Translations under genes and position numbers: made by a program
Notes under the pieces: model-generated
Told to the model about the DNA's origin: nothing
The model's database searches: none
Seen by the model: the letters and a program-made list of their open reading frames with translations, nothing else
Part shown: positions 43,978-53,885 of the stretch, in pieces
How the letters are laid out: each line of letters opens with the position of its first letter
How positions within the stretch are numbered: position 1 is the first letter of the stretch
Source of the DNA: an uncultured bacterium
GTDB taxonomy: Bacteria; Chlamydiota; Chlamydiia; Chlamydiales; CAYWQB01
NCBI GenBank assembly: GCA_964460785.1
Contig: CAYWQB010000001.1
Coordinates: forward strand, 244,657-308,656
Direction of reading: 5' to 3'
Length of the DNA: 64,000 nucleotides

Positions 43978-45255
43978 TTAAAGTACTTGTTCGACAAAAT
44001 GGAGAGTTTTTCGCGCACTCCCCCTCATAGCCTCTGTCATTTTTTGCGCATTTTGGCTCAATGTAGCTCTCTGTTCTACATTTGAAAATAACTCTTCTAA
44101 GACCTTTCTCAAGTCCAAAAGAGATACTTGCACACCACATTCAAATGAGAGAACCTGATCTCTTAGCTCTTTTTGTCCACTCATGTAAGGACCAAACACA
44201 ACAGGAACATGATAAAAGGAGGGCTCACATACATTATGGCCCCCAATTCCTTCTATGAAGCTTCCTGCAACACAAGCCACATCTGAGAGCGCATAAAAGG
44301 AGCATAGCTCCCCCATCTTGTCTACAAGCAGCACCTGAGCCTCTCCCAAAGAAGAAGCCTCTGAGTAACGGCAGAAGGCGATTTTTTCACTAGTCAGCCA
44401 CTGAGCTACTTTTTCAAACCTCTCGGGGTGCCGAGGGACAAGAACAACTAGCAGCTCAGGAAACAGTTTCCACAGAGGGCGTATGGCTTGAAGAAGAGCG
44501 GCCTCTTCTCCTGGGTGTGTTGAGCCTATCGTTAGAACTTTTTTATTAGGCTTTTGTAAAAGAGGAGAAAGCTGCTCTTTTTTTTCAGGACAAAGAGGTG
44601 TGGAAAGAGTATCCCACTTTAGGTTCTCACAAACAAAGACTCTGGAGCTTTTTGTTCCCAGTTTGATGAACCGCTCAGCATAAGAGCGATTCTGAGTGAT
44701 ACAAGCATCTACTTTAGGAAGAACCATTGGCCCCATACCAAGTGTATACTTTTTTATCCTCTGAAAGGAGGCCTTAGACACTTTAGCATTGATAATACAG
44801 AGCTTTGCCCCAGCTCTCTTTGCCTCTAGGAAGAAGCTTGGCCATAGACCAGACTCACATACAATCACAAGGCTTGGTACAATAGACCTCATTGCATGAC
44901 GCATCAAGAGGATATGATCAAAGGGTAGGTAACAAAAGCCATCAGCCCAAGGGATAGACTTTTTAGCCTCCTCTTGCCCGGTTTCTGTCGTTGTTGAAAT
45001 AACAACGCGATACTCAGGATGCGCCTTTTGCCATTCTCTTAAAAAAGCTGATAAAGCGCGCACCTCTCCAACGGAAACAGCATGAGCCCAAAGAACTTTG
45101 CTACCAGCAGGGAAAGAAGGGAAGGATTTCAGTGCTAGGTGTTGAAGGATGCTTTGCCGGTACTTTCCATACCTAAGCATGCGATAAAAAGCGACTGGCA
45201 GCCACCCTAAAAGAACAAAGATTCCAACGATCTGATAGCAAATATAACCAAACAT
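43978..45255 (-). CDS. waaA: 3-deoxy-D-manno-octulosonic acid (Kdo) transferase
   Basis: The protein is 425 aa. It has an N-terminal membrane anchor, the WAHAVSVGEV motif typical of WaaA/KdtA and a GT-B C-terminal GGHN..EP motif. A TAATG overlap joins it to leuS. Confidence 0.85.
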   Translation of the reverse strand: MFGYICYQIVGIFVLLGWLPVAFYRMLRYGKYRQSILQHLALKSFPSFPAGSKVLWAHAVSVGEVRALSAFLREWQKAHPEYRVVISTTTETGQEEAKKSIPWADGFCYLPFDHILLMRHAMRSIVPSLVIVCESGLWPSFFLEAKRAGAKLCIINAKVSKASFQRIKKYTLGMGPMVLPKVDACITQNRSYAERFIKLGTKSSRVFVCENLKWDTLSTPLCPEKKEQLSPLLQKPNKKVLTIGSTHPGEEAALLQAIRPLWKLFPELLVVLVPRHPERFEKVAQWLTSEKIAFCRYSEASSLGEAQVLLVDKMGELCSFYALSDVACVAGSFIEGIGGHNVCEPSFYHVPVVFGPYMSGQKELRDQVLSFECGVQVSLLDLRKVLEELFSNVEQRATLSQNAQKMTEAMRGSARKTLHFVEQVL

Positions 45256-47774
45256 TAGACAACTAAGTTTAAGAGCTTATCTGGAACAAAGATAACTTTG
45301 CGCAACTCTTTACCTTCAATATGCTTTTGGACACCAGCCACAGCTTGTGCTAGTTTCAGCAACTCGTCTTTTTGAAGCCCTTTGGGCTGCTCAAACTTTG
45401 CGCGGACTTTCCCATTCACTTGGATAACATATGTCACCTGATCATCGACTAGGTAATCCTTATTTATCTCTATGTGAGGGGTACGCATAATGTCCGTTGT
45501 TTCCCCAATCTTCTCCCATAGTTCACAGGTAACATGGGGAGCAAAAGGGTGTAAAGCCTGCAGAAGAGCTTTGAGAGCACTTTTAGGATATGTTTTCCGC
45601 TTGGAGAAGCTGTTGAGAAACTCCATCATCTTTGCAATCGCAGTATTAAAGAAAAGCTTATCCATATCCTGCATCACTCCATGCACCATTTTATGCACTA
45701 AGCGATTAACCTCTTCATTCTCCTCATCAACAAGAGCATCTGAGTATGCAATATGATAAACTCTAGATAAGAAACGATGACACCCTTGTACAGCTTCATC
45801 ACTCCAAAACTTTTGCTGGTTCAAAGGACCCATAAAGACTTCATACATTCTAAGCGCATCCGCACCTAACTCCTCCACAATTTTGTCCGGAGCAGTTCCA
45901 TTCAGCTTAGACTTGGACATCTTTTCTACTGTGACTTGGACAGGCTCTCCTGTCTCTTTATGAAAGAAGGCTTCTCCTTTCTTCTCCACTTCTTCATAGG
46001 GAACATATTGCCCTGAATCCAGCCTATAAGCGTTGGAGGTCACCATTCCAATGCTAAAATAGCGCTTAAAAGGCTCTTTTGCATGGGTCACACCTAAATC
46101 ATAAAGTACTTTGTGCCAAAAGCGAGCATAAAGCAGGTGTGTAACCGCATGTTCTGCTCCACCAAGGTAGAAATCCACAGGCATCCAGTACTGGTCTGCT
46201 TCCTGCCCTACTGCTTGCTCTCTATTTTTAGGGTCACAGAAGCGCAAAAAGTACCAGCAAGAGCCTGCCCATTGGGGCATTGTGTTTGACTCACGCTTTG
46301 CTGCTTTTCCTGATTTAGGGTCTTGAATATGAATCCAATCATCAACTTTTGCTAAAGGGCTTTCTCCAGTATCTGAAGGGCGAAAGTCTGTTAGCTCTGG
46401 AGGCATCAAAGGCAGTTCATCTAATTCTAGAGCTCTCTTTGTTCCATCTTCAAAATGTAAAATAGGGAATGGCTCCCCCCAATATCTTTGACGAGAGAAA
46501 AGCCAGTCCCGCAACTTATAGTTGACAGCTGCACGTCCAACACCTTGATCGATGAGCCACGCATTGACAGCTTGCTTTGCTTGGTCAAGGCTCATACCTG
46601 ATAGGTCAAGCGCTGCACAAGCGCTATTTACATACTCTCCTTCCCCAAGATATGCTTCTTCATCTTCTGGATGCAGCGAACCATCAGAGGGGCGAATCAC
46701 CGTCCTTGTGTTCAAGCCAAATTTTTTGGCAAATGCAAAGTCTCGAGAGTCATGGCTAGGGACTGCCATCACAGCTCCTGTTCCATACCCCATCAGAACA
46801 TAGTCAGCGATCCAAATAGGGATTTCTTCATTCGTGATGGGATGGATTGCCCATGCTCCGGTCCACACACCAGTTTTCTCTTTTGCAAGCTCTGTTCTTT
46901 CAAGGTCGCTTTTTGAGCTCACCCACTGCTGGTACTCTGCAACTGCTTGTTTTTGCTCTCTGGTTGTGATCTGCTCTACATAAGGGTGTTCCGGGCTAAG
47001 CACCATAAACGTCACACCAAAAAGAGTGTCTTGGCGTGTTGTGTAGATGTCTACAGACTGATCAAAGTCTTTTACCTTAAACTGAACCATGGCCCCTTCA
47101 CTACGCCCAATCCAGTTTCGCTGCATTTGCTTTACATTTTCAGGCCAATCTAGCTCTTCTAAATCCTGTAGTAAACGGTCGGCATACTCTGTGATTTTTA
47201 AGACCCACTGCTTTAATGGGCGACGCTCAACAAGGTGTCCCCCTTCTATAGCACGTCCATTTTCCACTTCTTCATTGGCTAAAACAGTTCCAAGAGCTGG
47301 ACAGTAGTTGACAAGCATTTCTGCTTCATAAGCCAAGCCTTTTTCATAGAGCTTGGTAAAGATCCATTGTGTCCACTTATAGTAGTCAGGATCTGTGGTT
47401 GCCAGTTCTCGATCCCAATCATAACTGAATCCAAGAGACTTTAGCTGCCTTTTATATGTCTCAATATTCTTTTTGGTGGTTTCCCTTGGGTGAGTTCCTG
47501 TCCGCACAGCATATTGCTCCGCAGGCAAGCCAAAGCTATCCCATCCCATCGGGTGAAGAACATTATACCCTTTTTGACGCATATAGCGGCTGACAATGTC
47601 TGAAGCGGTATAACCTGTGACATGCCCTACATGCAGTCCTGCTCCAGAAGGATAAGGGAACATATCTAGCACATAGTACTTTGGCCGTTTTGCATCTATT
47701 TGCGCAGCGTAGGGTTTTTCTTCTTCCCATCGTTGTTGCCACTTTTTTTCAATAAGCTGAGGATCGTAATTCAT
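45255..47774 (-). CDS. leuS: Leucyl-tRNA synthetase
   Basis: The HIGH-type motif is PYPSGAGLHVGH and the KMSKS motif is present, with a CP1 editing domain pattern. I placed the start at ATG 47774 (MNYDPQLIEKKWQ), after an AAGGTG SD. The ORF-track GTG is 6 nt upstream. Confidence 0.95.
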   Translation of the reverse strand: MNYDPQLIEKKWQQRWEEEKPYAAQIDAKRPKYYVLDMFPYPSGAGLHVGHVTGYTASDIVSRYMRQKGYNVLHPMGWDSFGLPAEQYAVRTGTHPRETTKKNIETYKRQLKSLGFSYDWDRELATTDPDYYKWTQWIFTKLYEKGLAYEAEMLVNYCPALGTVLANEEVENGRAIEGGHLVERRPLKQWVLKITEYADRLLQDLEELDWPENVKQMQRNWIGRSEGAMVQFKVKDFDQSVDIYTTRQDTLFGVTFMVLSPEHPYVEQITTREQKQAVAEYQQWVSSKSDLERTELAKEKTGVWTGAWAIHPITNEEIPIWIADYVLMGYGTGAVMAVPSHDSRDFAFAKKFGLNTRTVIRPSDGSLHPEDEEAYLGEGEYVNSACAALDLSGMSLDQAKQAVNAWLIDQGVGRAAVNYKLRDWLFSRQRYWGEPFPILHFEDGTKRALELDELPLMPPELTDFRPSDTGESPLAKVDDWIHIQDPKSGKAAKRESNTMPQWAGSCWYFLRFCDPKNREQAVGQEADQYWMPVDFYLGGAEHAVTHLLYARFWHKVLYDLGVTHAKEPFKRYFSIGMVTSNAYRLDSGQYVPYEEVEKKGEAFFHKETGEPVQVTVEKMSKSKLNGTAPDKIVEELGADALRMYEVFMGPLNQQKFWSDEAVQGCHRFLSRVYHIAYSDALVDEENEEVNRLVHKMVHGVMQDMDKLFFNTAIAKMMEFLNSFSKRKTYPKSALKALLQALHPFAPHVTCELWEKIGETTDIMRTPHIEINKDYLVDDQVTYVIQVNGKVRAKFEQPKGLQKDELLKLAQAVAGVQKHIEGKELRKVIFVPDKLLNLVV

Positions 47775-47844
47775 GTGCACCTTCTGAAAAGATCAGTTTG
47801 AGGAGGTGAATTATAGGCTCTCAAAGAATAAATTTTGAGTAAAA

Positions 47845-49197
47845 TTAATCAGCATCTTCTTCAGATGGAGGTGCTGTAAGGATATGAATACGCACCTTTT
47901 CTACTTTTCGCTCATGAGAGCTCAAAATCTCTAGATCAAAGTCATCATGATGGATGCGATAGCCTCTTGATGGAATCGTCCCTGCACGGAAAAAGACATA
48001 GCCACCAATGGTATCGTACTCTCCCTCTTGAGGAATTTCGATCCCAAATTTTTCGCGCACATCATGTAAGCTCATGCGAGCATCGGCAATCCACCCACCA
48101 CTTGGGAGCTCAATAAATAGCTCTTCTTCTTCCAAGTCATACTCATCTTCAATCTCACCAACGATTTCTTCCAGGATGTCTTCAATTGTCACGATCCCTT
48201 CTGTGCCCCCATACTCATCCACAACAATTGCCATATGGGTCTGTTTTTGCCGAAACTCTTGAAGTAAAAGGGAGACCTTTTTGGTTTCTGGAGTGAAAAA
48301 AGGAGGCTTGATCAAAGATTCTACGGTCTGGTCTAACACCTCTGGCGCTAGGCGCCCTGCTTCTACATCGATAAAGAGGCGAAAGAGGTCTTTGTAAAGC
48401 AAAATTCCGTTTACACTATCAATATTTTCCTTGTAAACGGGGACTCGGCTAACCCCTTTTTCAGCGATTTTTTCTGCAGCCACACGGATTGGTGTATCAT
48501 AGGCCAGGCCAAAAACATCCACTCGTGGCATCATTACTTCTCTGACGATGCGATCATGAAAGTCCACTAAAGAGCGCATCATCTCTTTATCGGAATCGCT
48601 GCGGTTAGGGTCTGCATCCACTTCATCAAGTAGAAGGTCTACATTTTCCTTATTTGACATCGGCCCTCGGGACAAAGGACGAATTACTTTAGGGAGCAGA
48701 AAGGAGACGAGGATCAACAAGTGTGTCACTGGAAATAAAAGGACCAGAGAGAGCTTACAGGTTGGCAAGGCGAACTTCAAAGCAAGCTCATTTCTGCGCG
48801 CTTCAAATGTTCTTGCTGCACTATCGCCAATGAAAATCCCAACAATTAAATAAATTAAGGCAATAAGCATAGGACTTAAGCCTACAGAGTGGAAAAGAGC
48901 AGCTCGAAGGGTTGGAGCTCCAATGCCATCGTTTAAGATGACACAGACTCCACTTGTGATATAAAGAAAGCGAAAGAGGTTTTCTATACAGGACAAAGAG
49001 AAATAAATAGCCTCTAACTCTCTTCCTGGAAAAAGTAGTGATTGAAAGCGTGCATACCCGCCCATTTGACTTAACAAACTTGCCCGCCGTTGACGCCCTA
49101 ACATATACCCTCTTCTGAAAGAAGAGGTTAGGATCTTACAGGCGAATAGCCCAATCAAAGCAATGATCGAAATGGAAACGAATAGTACGATTAACAC
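47845..49197 (-). CDS. corC: CNNM/DUF21 transmembrane domain + CBS pair + CorC_HlyC domain protein (hemolysin-like/Mg-Co efflux family)
   Basis: The N-terminal region has 4 TM segments. The CBS pair region is [11 protein letters not shown]...GVSRVPVY. The C-terminal transporter-associated domain is [14 protein letters not shown]. The GTG start directly abuts the ybeY stop. Confidence 0.85.
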   Translation of the reverse strand: MLIVLFVSISIIALIGLFACKILTSSFRRGYMLGRQRRASLLSQMGGYARFQSLLFPGRELEAIYFSLSCIENLFRFLYITSGVCVILNDGIGAPTLRAALFHSVGLSPMLIALIYLIVGIFIGDSAARTFEARRNELALKFALPTCKLSLVLLFPVTHLLILVSFLLPKVIRPLSRGPMSNKENVDLLLDEVDADPNRSDSDKEMMRSLVDFHDRIVREVMMPRVDVFGLAYDTPIRVAAEKIAEKGVSRVPVYKENIDSVNGILLYKDLFRLFIDVEAGRLAPEVLDQTVESLIKPPFFTPETKKVSLLLQEFRQKQTHMAIVVDEYGGTEGIVTIEDILEEIVGEIEDEYDLEEEELFIELPSGGWIADARMSLHDVREKFGIEIPQEGEYDTIGGYVFFRAGTIPSRGYRIHHDDFDLEILSSHERKVEKVRIHILTAPPSEEDAD

Positions 49198-49671
49198 CTA
49201 AGTTGCCTCTCTTCCCTCAAGGGGAGATAGCAGCCACCCCTTAGAGCCTAAATGGGCCAATAGCGCTTCCTCTCGTTTTTTCATGGCAGAGCGATCTATC
49301 TCTTCCATATCACGATAGCCGAGTAAATGCAAGACGCCATGCACGATATATCGAGTCAGCTCTTCGTAAGGGCAGGATTGGTGAGACTGTGCATATGTAA
49401 GTGCTGTAAAAGGACAAACGACCACCTCTCCTAGCATACAATACTCACAGCCTGGGACATCTATTGGGAAGGTGCAGCAGTCTGTTAAAGAGGGGTCATC
49501 AAAGTGCTCTAAATGAAGACGACAGATGGTATCTGCATCCACAAAGCTGATGGAGACTTCATCAGCATGTTGCTTCTCTTCTAAAAGCACAAAAGAGACG
49601 ATCCGGTGAATCGCCTCTTTTGTATTGGTGCAAGGTAAAAGATCTTGCTGATTGGAAAAGTAAAGCTTCAC
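49198..49671 (-). CDS. ybeY: Endoribonuclease YbeY (16S rRNA maturation)
   Basis: The zinc-binding motif HGVLHLLGY is present, the protein is 157 aa and it shows the conserved ybeY-corC adjacency. Confidence 0.9.
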   Translation of the reverse strand: MKLYFSNQQDLLPCTNTKEAIHRIVSFVLLEEKQHADEVSISFVDADTICRLHLEHFDDPSLTDCCTFPIDVPGCEYCMLGEVVVCPFTALTYAQSHQSCPYEELTRYIVHGVLHLLGYRDMEEIDRSAMKKREEALLAHLGSKGWLLSPLEGREAT

Positions 49672-49689
49672 TCTACAAAGAACTAAGCC

Positions 49690-49848
49690 TTACTTAACTG
49701 GAGTTTTAGGAAGACCAGTCACGCGGCTGTCTTCTCCCTCTTTCCACTTACCCATTTTCTTTAGGGCTTCCACTCGCTCAAAGCGCTTAAGAACACTGCG
49801 CTTTTGACCTTCTTTACTTGCTTTTCCGTAACTGCGATGCTTTGACAT
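49690..49848 (-). CDS. Small basic protein (52 aa) of the PVC-superphylum type, not in the ORF track
   Basis: Hand translation gives MSKHRSYGKASKEGQKRSVLKRFERVEALKKMGKWKEGEDSRVTGLPKTPVK*. From memory, the pattern (basic N-terminus, VLKRFER, GLPKT) matches the conserved small basic protein family of Chlamydiae, Verrucomicrobia and Planctomycetes. Confidence 0.6.
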   Translation of the reverse strand: MSKHRSYGKASKEGQKRSVLKRFERVEALKKMGKWKEGEDSRVTGLPKTPVK

Positions 49849-49863
49849 AGTTCGTTACCTACT

Positions 49864-50040
49864 TTATCGAATTTTGGGAATATATCCCAGCTGCTGATCA
49901 TCTCCACCCAAAGCATTCTCATGCTCGCGATAGCCCTTAGCTAGGTTATCTTTTTTTGCCCCAGTCTTCTTAGACAGTGGGTAGTGCAGCTTGCGGGGGC
50001 TCTTATTGCGTCGCTCCCCTTGCTTACTCATTCGTGTCAT
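49864..50040 (-). CDS. Small basic hypothetical protein (58 aa), not in the ORF track
   Basis: Hand translation gives MTRMSKQGERRNKSPRKLHYPLSKKTGAKKDNLAKGYREHENALGGDDQQLGYIPKIR*. A strong GGAGGT SD lies 6 nt upstream of ATG 50040. The ORF sits 15 nt upstream of the 52-aa ORF on the same strand. Confidence 0.45.
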   Translation of the reverse strand: MTRMSKQGERRNKSPRKLHYPLSKKTGAKKDNLAKGYREHENALGGDDQQLGYIPKIR

Positions 50041-50110
50041 TCTCTACCTCCAAACAAGAAACAGAGAGCGATTATAGAGAGGATTCAAGGTATTCTTCAA
50101 GAACTTTCTC

Positions 50111-50533
50111 TCAGCTCCCTTCTCTGTGGATAGGAAGCCCTACTTCTTGATAGTAAGTAAGCTTAGCCATGAGTAACTCTTGAGTAGCAGGCTTACTGCC
50201 ATCATCCAGTTCAAAAATTTTTTCAATCCCCTCTTGCCACTTTACTGCTGTGGTTGAAAGGTTAATAATTACTTCTGCCTGATTCAAGTTGGCCATCTGC
50301 CAACTGATTACAATTGGATCTTGGCTTGCTTGGTCTGCAATACTATGTGGCAAAAAGCTAGAGGTGGGCTGCTCCCATAAAAAATGATCGACAAATTGAG
50401 CGACCTCTAAGCTACTCACAAAAATCAAAATATGTTTTCCCTCTGAAAACGCATCTGATACGGAGCGATTGAGCCATTTTAGCTTTTGTTTTGAGCTAGC
50501 AACCTTAGTAACTATGACTTCGGGGGTAGACAT
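50111..50533 (-). CDS. holC: DNA polymerase III chi subunit-like protein
   Basis: The protein is 140 aa. HILIFVSSLEVAQFVDHFLWEQPTSSFLPHSIA parallels the E. coli HolC sequence RVLIACEDEKQAYRLDEALWARPAESFVPHNLA. Confidence 0.65.
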   Translation of the reverse strand: MSTPEVIVTKVASSKQKLKWLNRSVSDAFSEGKHILIFVSSLEVAQFVDHFLWEQPTSSFLPHSIADQASQDPIVISWQMANLNQAEVIINLSTTAVKWQEGIEKIFELDDGSKPATQELLMAKLTYYQEVGLPIHREGS

Positions 50534-51174
50534 GACGACTTACTTTTCTGCTCTTTCAGCACACCACAAGAAATAATAAAGCGAATAGCCTCATCAACTT
50601 TCATCGGCACGCTTTCCACTTCACTTTTTTTGAACATCATCAAAAAGCCTGATGTCGGGTTGGGAGTCGTTGGTACAAATACACTTACACAGGGCTCACC
50701 CATATGCTCTGAGCAAATGTCAGGGGCATCCCCACTAATAAAGCCTAAGGTTCGCCCTTCTGAACTAGGAAAAGGAATCAGAACAACTTCCTTGAAGGAA
50801 TTATTCGAAGAGGAAAGCAAAGTGCGAAAAACTTCCCTAGAAGCTTTATAAATTTTGTTCACAAGAGGAATGCGATCTAAAACCAGTTCAGCAATTTGAA
50901 AAATACTACGTAGGAAAAACCAACGTCCAAGCATTCCTAAAAGGATTGTGAAGGCAAGAAGACTTACTAAAATTAAAATTCGACTTAAATAAAGAAGAAC
51001 TTGCTGAGAGCTAAAAATCCAAAAGCTTCTTTCAAAAAATGGGACCTTCCCTAGGGTCTCTTGCATCACCCCCAAAAAGGGCATCGTCAAAAAGTCCACA
51101 ATAAACTTTACGACCAAAAAGGTAAAAGCTAAGGGAAGCAAAATGGCTAAGCCAGTGAAGAAGAACTTCTTCAT
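50512..51174 (-). CDS. DUF502 (COG2928) membrane protein
   Basis: The N-terminus KKFFFTGLAILLPLAFTFLVVKFIVDFL, the second TM segment and the C-terminal PTTPNPTSGF motif are typical of DUF502. Confidence 0.75.
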   Translation of the reverse strand: MKKFFFTGLAILLPLAFTFLVVKFIVDFLTMPFLGVMQETLGKVPFFERSFWIFSSQQVLLYLSRILILVSLLAFTILLGMLGRWFFLRSIFQIAELVLDRIPLVNKIYKASREVFRTLLSSSNNSFKEVVLIPFPSSEGRTLGFISGDAPDICSEHMGEPCVSVFVPTTPNPTSGFLMMFKKSEVESVPMKVDEAIRFIISCGVLKEQKSKSSCLPPKS

Positions 51175-51247
51175 GTAACCCTCTCAAGTAATGGAGTCAG
51201 AATAGTATCCCAAAGTTTTAGATAAAAAGCCAACACCGAAGGAAGGG

Positions 51248-51574
51248 TTATCCCTCCTTACCGCATGGTGTTCCCTGCACTCCAGCTTGACAGAGATCTC
51301 CAAACGTACAGGTAAGCGGCTGAACATCAGAGGATAACTCTTCCAGATAAGGTATGGCCCTTTGCGCTCTAAACCCTCGCATGCAATACACATAAATTGT
51401 TTGCCCTACCGGAAGGTGAGAAGGAAGTTCTCCTTCCTCAAGCCTCTGTAAAGGCCAATGGAAAGCTCCTGGCAGGTGATGTACATCCCACTCTTCTTGC
51501 GTGCGGACATCAAGAAGCAAAGCAGAGCCACTACTCAGCTCTTTTTTTACCCTTTCTAGCTCTTTTTCTCCCAT
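51248..51574 (-). CDS. Single-domain rhodanese (GlpE/PspE-like sulfurtransferase)
   Basis: The pattern is LLLDVRTQEEW...IYVYCMRGFRA, with active-site loop CMRGFR. I placed the start at ATG 51574 (MGEKELERV). It lies 44 nt inside the 3' end of rnr in another frame. Confidence 0.7.
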   Translation of the reverse strand: MGEKELERVKKELSSGSALLLDVRTQEEWDVHHLPGAFHWPLQRLEEGELPSHLPVGQTIYVYCMRGFRAQRAIPYLEELSSDVQPLTCTFGDLCQAGVQGTPCGKEG

Positions 51575-53780
51575 TTCTTCTTCCCTTTTTCTTACCCTCT
51601 TCTTGCTCCGGCTTATAGTCCTTAGACTTCTTTTTTCTGCCCTTTCGTTTTCTTTTGGGCCTATCATTCACTGACTCTAGGGACTGAGGCAATGTCCAGC
51701 GACTCTCTAGAGTCAGCAAGTTCACCTCCAGAAGAAGTAGCTCTAGCGTGACACCTACAGTAATTACTCTGCCTGTATGAGCCCCCACAAGTCGCAAAGT
51801 TTGCTCATCATAATGATAATAATCATCACTGAAAGCACTCAGGTGCAACATTGCTTCAAGGCCAAACTCTTCAAAGGCAACAACAACTCCAAAGGGCAAA
51901 ACCTTGCTCACCACTCCAGGATATAGACGACTTGGATCTTCTTGAAAATAGGAAAGAAGCCACCGCAGCTTTTTCAGAAGAAGTACAGATTGCTCAGCCT
52001 TGCTACTCACACGCTCTTGCTTTGAGCAGTGCTCCGCAAACTCTTCTAGCTTTTCTGCCTCTACCTTTTCCCCAAAAAGAGCACGGTGAACAATTAAGTC
52101 TGCATACCGGCGGATAGGGCTAGTGAAGTGACAATAATGCTCTAAATTCAGCCCATAGTGCCCTAAGGACTCCGGGTTATATATCGCAAGCTTCATGCTG
52201 CGAATATAAGAAGCAACTAAGAAGGGACCTAAAGGGTCTTCTTGTGTTTGAGCAAATAGTTGATTTAAGAAGTGGCTATCCACTCTTTTTGCTGTGTCAT
52301 AACCTAAAGCTCGTACAGTCTTGACAAACTCTTTGATGTTTTCCTCATCAGGATCTTCATGAATACGGAATAAGGCTGGCAGCTGTTCCGTGTGCAATTT
52401 TTCAGCCACTACCTTATTTGCAAGAATCATAAACTCTTCAACTAGCTGATGAGAAAGGTTATGCTCGACAATAGAGGTCCCTCGGGGTACCCCTTGGTCA
52501 TCCACATCAATACGCATTTCTTGCGTATTAATTTCTACAACCCCTTCTGCTATACGCCTCTTGCGCAAAGCAAGAGCAAACTCTGCCATCTGGCGAATGG
52601 TACAGGAATGAGGGTCTTTTTTCTCATGATCAATAATTGCCTGTGCCTGCTCATAGGTATAGCGCTTTGCGCTACGGATAACTCCTTTTACGACCCGACT
52701 ACGGACCATCTCTCCTTCAGAATCAAAAGACATACAAACAGAGGTCGTCAGACGAATCACTCGAGGGCGCAAGCTACAAAGGTTTTCTGATAGCGAGGGA
52801 GGAAGCATGGGGACACAAGTACCAGGAAAATAAGTCGAATTAGCCCTTTGAAATGCCTCTTCATCAAGGGCTGTACCAGGACGGACATAGTGCGAAACAT
52901 CGGCAATATGCACAGCAAGATCTACTCGCCCATCGCGATGTTTATGAAAAGTTAGCGCATCGTCAAAATCTTTTGCTGTTTTCGGGTCAATCGTCAAAGT
53001 CAGCTGATTTCGAAAATCCTCTCGCCCAACCATTTCTTTAGGAGTCACTCGATTAGAGAATGTTTCCAGCTCCTTCAACACAGGATCTGGAAAAGCCTCT
53101 CGCAAGCAATACTCTTGGATAGCTGTTTGAACATCCTCTCCGGGATCATAAATTGAGCCTAAGAAATCCTGTAAAGTACCACTAGGGTCTGCACCTCTTT
53201 CTCCCCAATTAGAGATAGAAATCAGGATTCGATCCCCCACTTGCATCGCCTTGCGACGCCCTTTTTTTACCAAGATGCGTGCTTTCAACAAGCTAGAGTA
53301 CGCTAATGCCTCCCCTCCAGGAAGAAGTTCTATCACACAGCCAACAACGGTATCTCTTCCTCGAGAGAGAACGGCTTCAACACTCCCCTCAGGCCCTTTT
53401 TCGATGGATGTTTCGTAATCAATAGAGATAACAACAAGATCTCCATCTACTCCAGAGGCTGTCCTTTGCTTAGGAATAAAAACCTCTGCCCATAAGTTAT
53501 TTTTTAAGGAAACAAAACCAAAACCTCGAGGGTGTGTATGCAACACTCCCTCAGCTTTTGAGGGCAGGTGGCGATGAACCACAAGCCTTCCCTTTACCTT
53601 TTTGATAAACCCCTTTTCTTCAAGGAGAGCCTTTGCTTGGGGTAAGAGTTTTTTTTCTTTTTCTGAAAAACTCGTAGTTTCTTTCTTGGGAAAAGCTAAG
53701 CTTCCTTTTTTTTTTGCAGATAGCTTGCATAGCAGCTGATGAGCCAAAAAAAGAATTGCTTTAGAGGGATTAGAATTCAC
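51531..53780 (-). CDS. rnr: Ribonuclease R
   Basis: An RNB catalytic domain pattern is present (TIDPKTAKDFDDAL, HYGL....YCHFTSPIRRYADLIVHR). It also has N-terminal cold-shock-like domains, a C-terminal S1 domain and a lysine/arginine-rich tail. Confidence 0.9.
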   Translation of the reverse strand: MNSNPSKAILFLAHQLLCKLSAKKKGSLAFPKKETTSFSEKEKKLLPQAKALLEEKGFIKKVKGRLVVHRHLPSKAEGVLHTHPRGFGFVSLKNNLWAEVFIPKQRTASGVDGDLVVISIDYETSIEKGPEGSVEAVLSRGRDTVVGCVIELLPGGEALAYSSLLKARILVKKGRRKAMQVGDRILISISNWGERGADPSGTLQDFLGSIYDPGEDVQTAIQEYCLREAFPDPVLKELETFSNRVTPKEMVGREDFRNQLTLTIDPKTAKDFDDALTFHKHRDGRVDLAVHIADVSHYVRPGTALDEEAFQRANSTYFPGTCVPMLPPSLSENLCSLRPRVIRLTTSVCMSFDSEGEMVRSRVVKGVIRSAKRYTYEQAQAIIDHEKKDPHSCTIRQMAEFALALRKRRIAEGVVEINTQEMRIDVDDQGVPRGTSIVEHNLSHQLVEEFMILANKVVAEKLHTEQLPALFRIHEDPDEENIKEFVKTVRALGYDTAKRVDSHFLNQLFAQTQEDPLGPFLVASYIRSMKLAIYNPESLGHYGLNLEHYCHFTSPIRRYADLIVHRALFGEKVEAEKLEEFAEHCSKQERVSSKAEQSVLLLKKLRWLLSYFQEDPSRLYPGVVSKVLPFGVVVAFEEFGLEAMLHLSAFSDDYYHYDEQTLRLVGAHTGRVITVGVTLELLLLEVNLLTLESRWTLPQSLESVNDRPKRKRKGRKKKSKDYKPEQEEGKKKGRRNGRKRARKGKKRAE

Positions 53781-53885
53781 ACAAATACCGCGTTCATAGT
53801 TTGCTCAATTCGATCATATCATCTATTTAGATTTGACCAAAGCTTTTCGCAAGCCCTCTTACCTAGACCAAAGGACCTGTTTTAT

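Noticed and set aside
43808-44140. A 110-aa minus-strand ORF spanning both tRNA genes and the 3' end of waaA.
   Set aside because: It overlaps two well-folding tRNA genes and the waaA coding region, so it is implausible as a protein gene.
51184-51618. Small ORFs 51184..51393 (minus) and 51397..51618 (plus) around the rhodanese gene.
   Set aside because: They overlap the rhodanese and rnr coding frames and show no motifs or SD.
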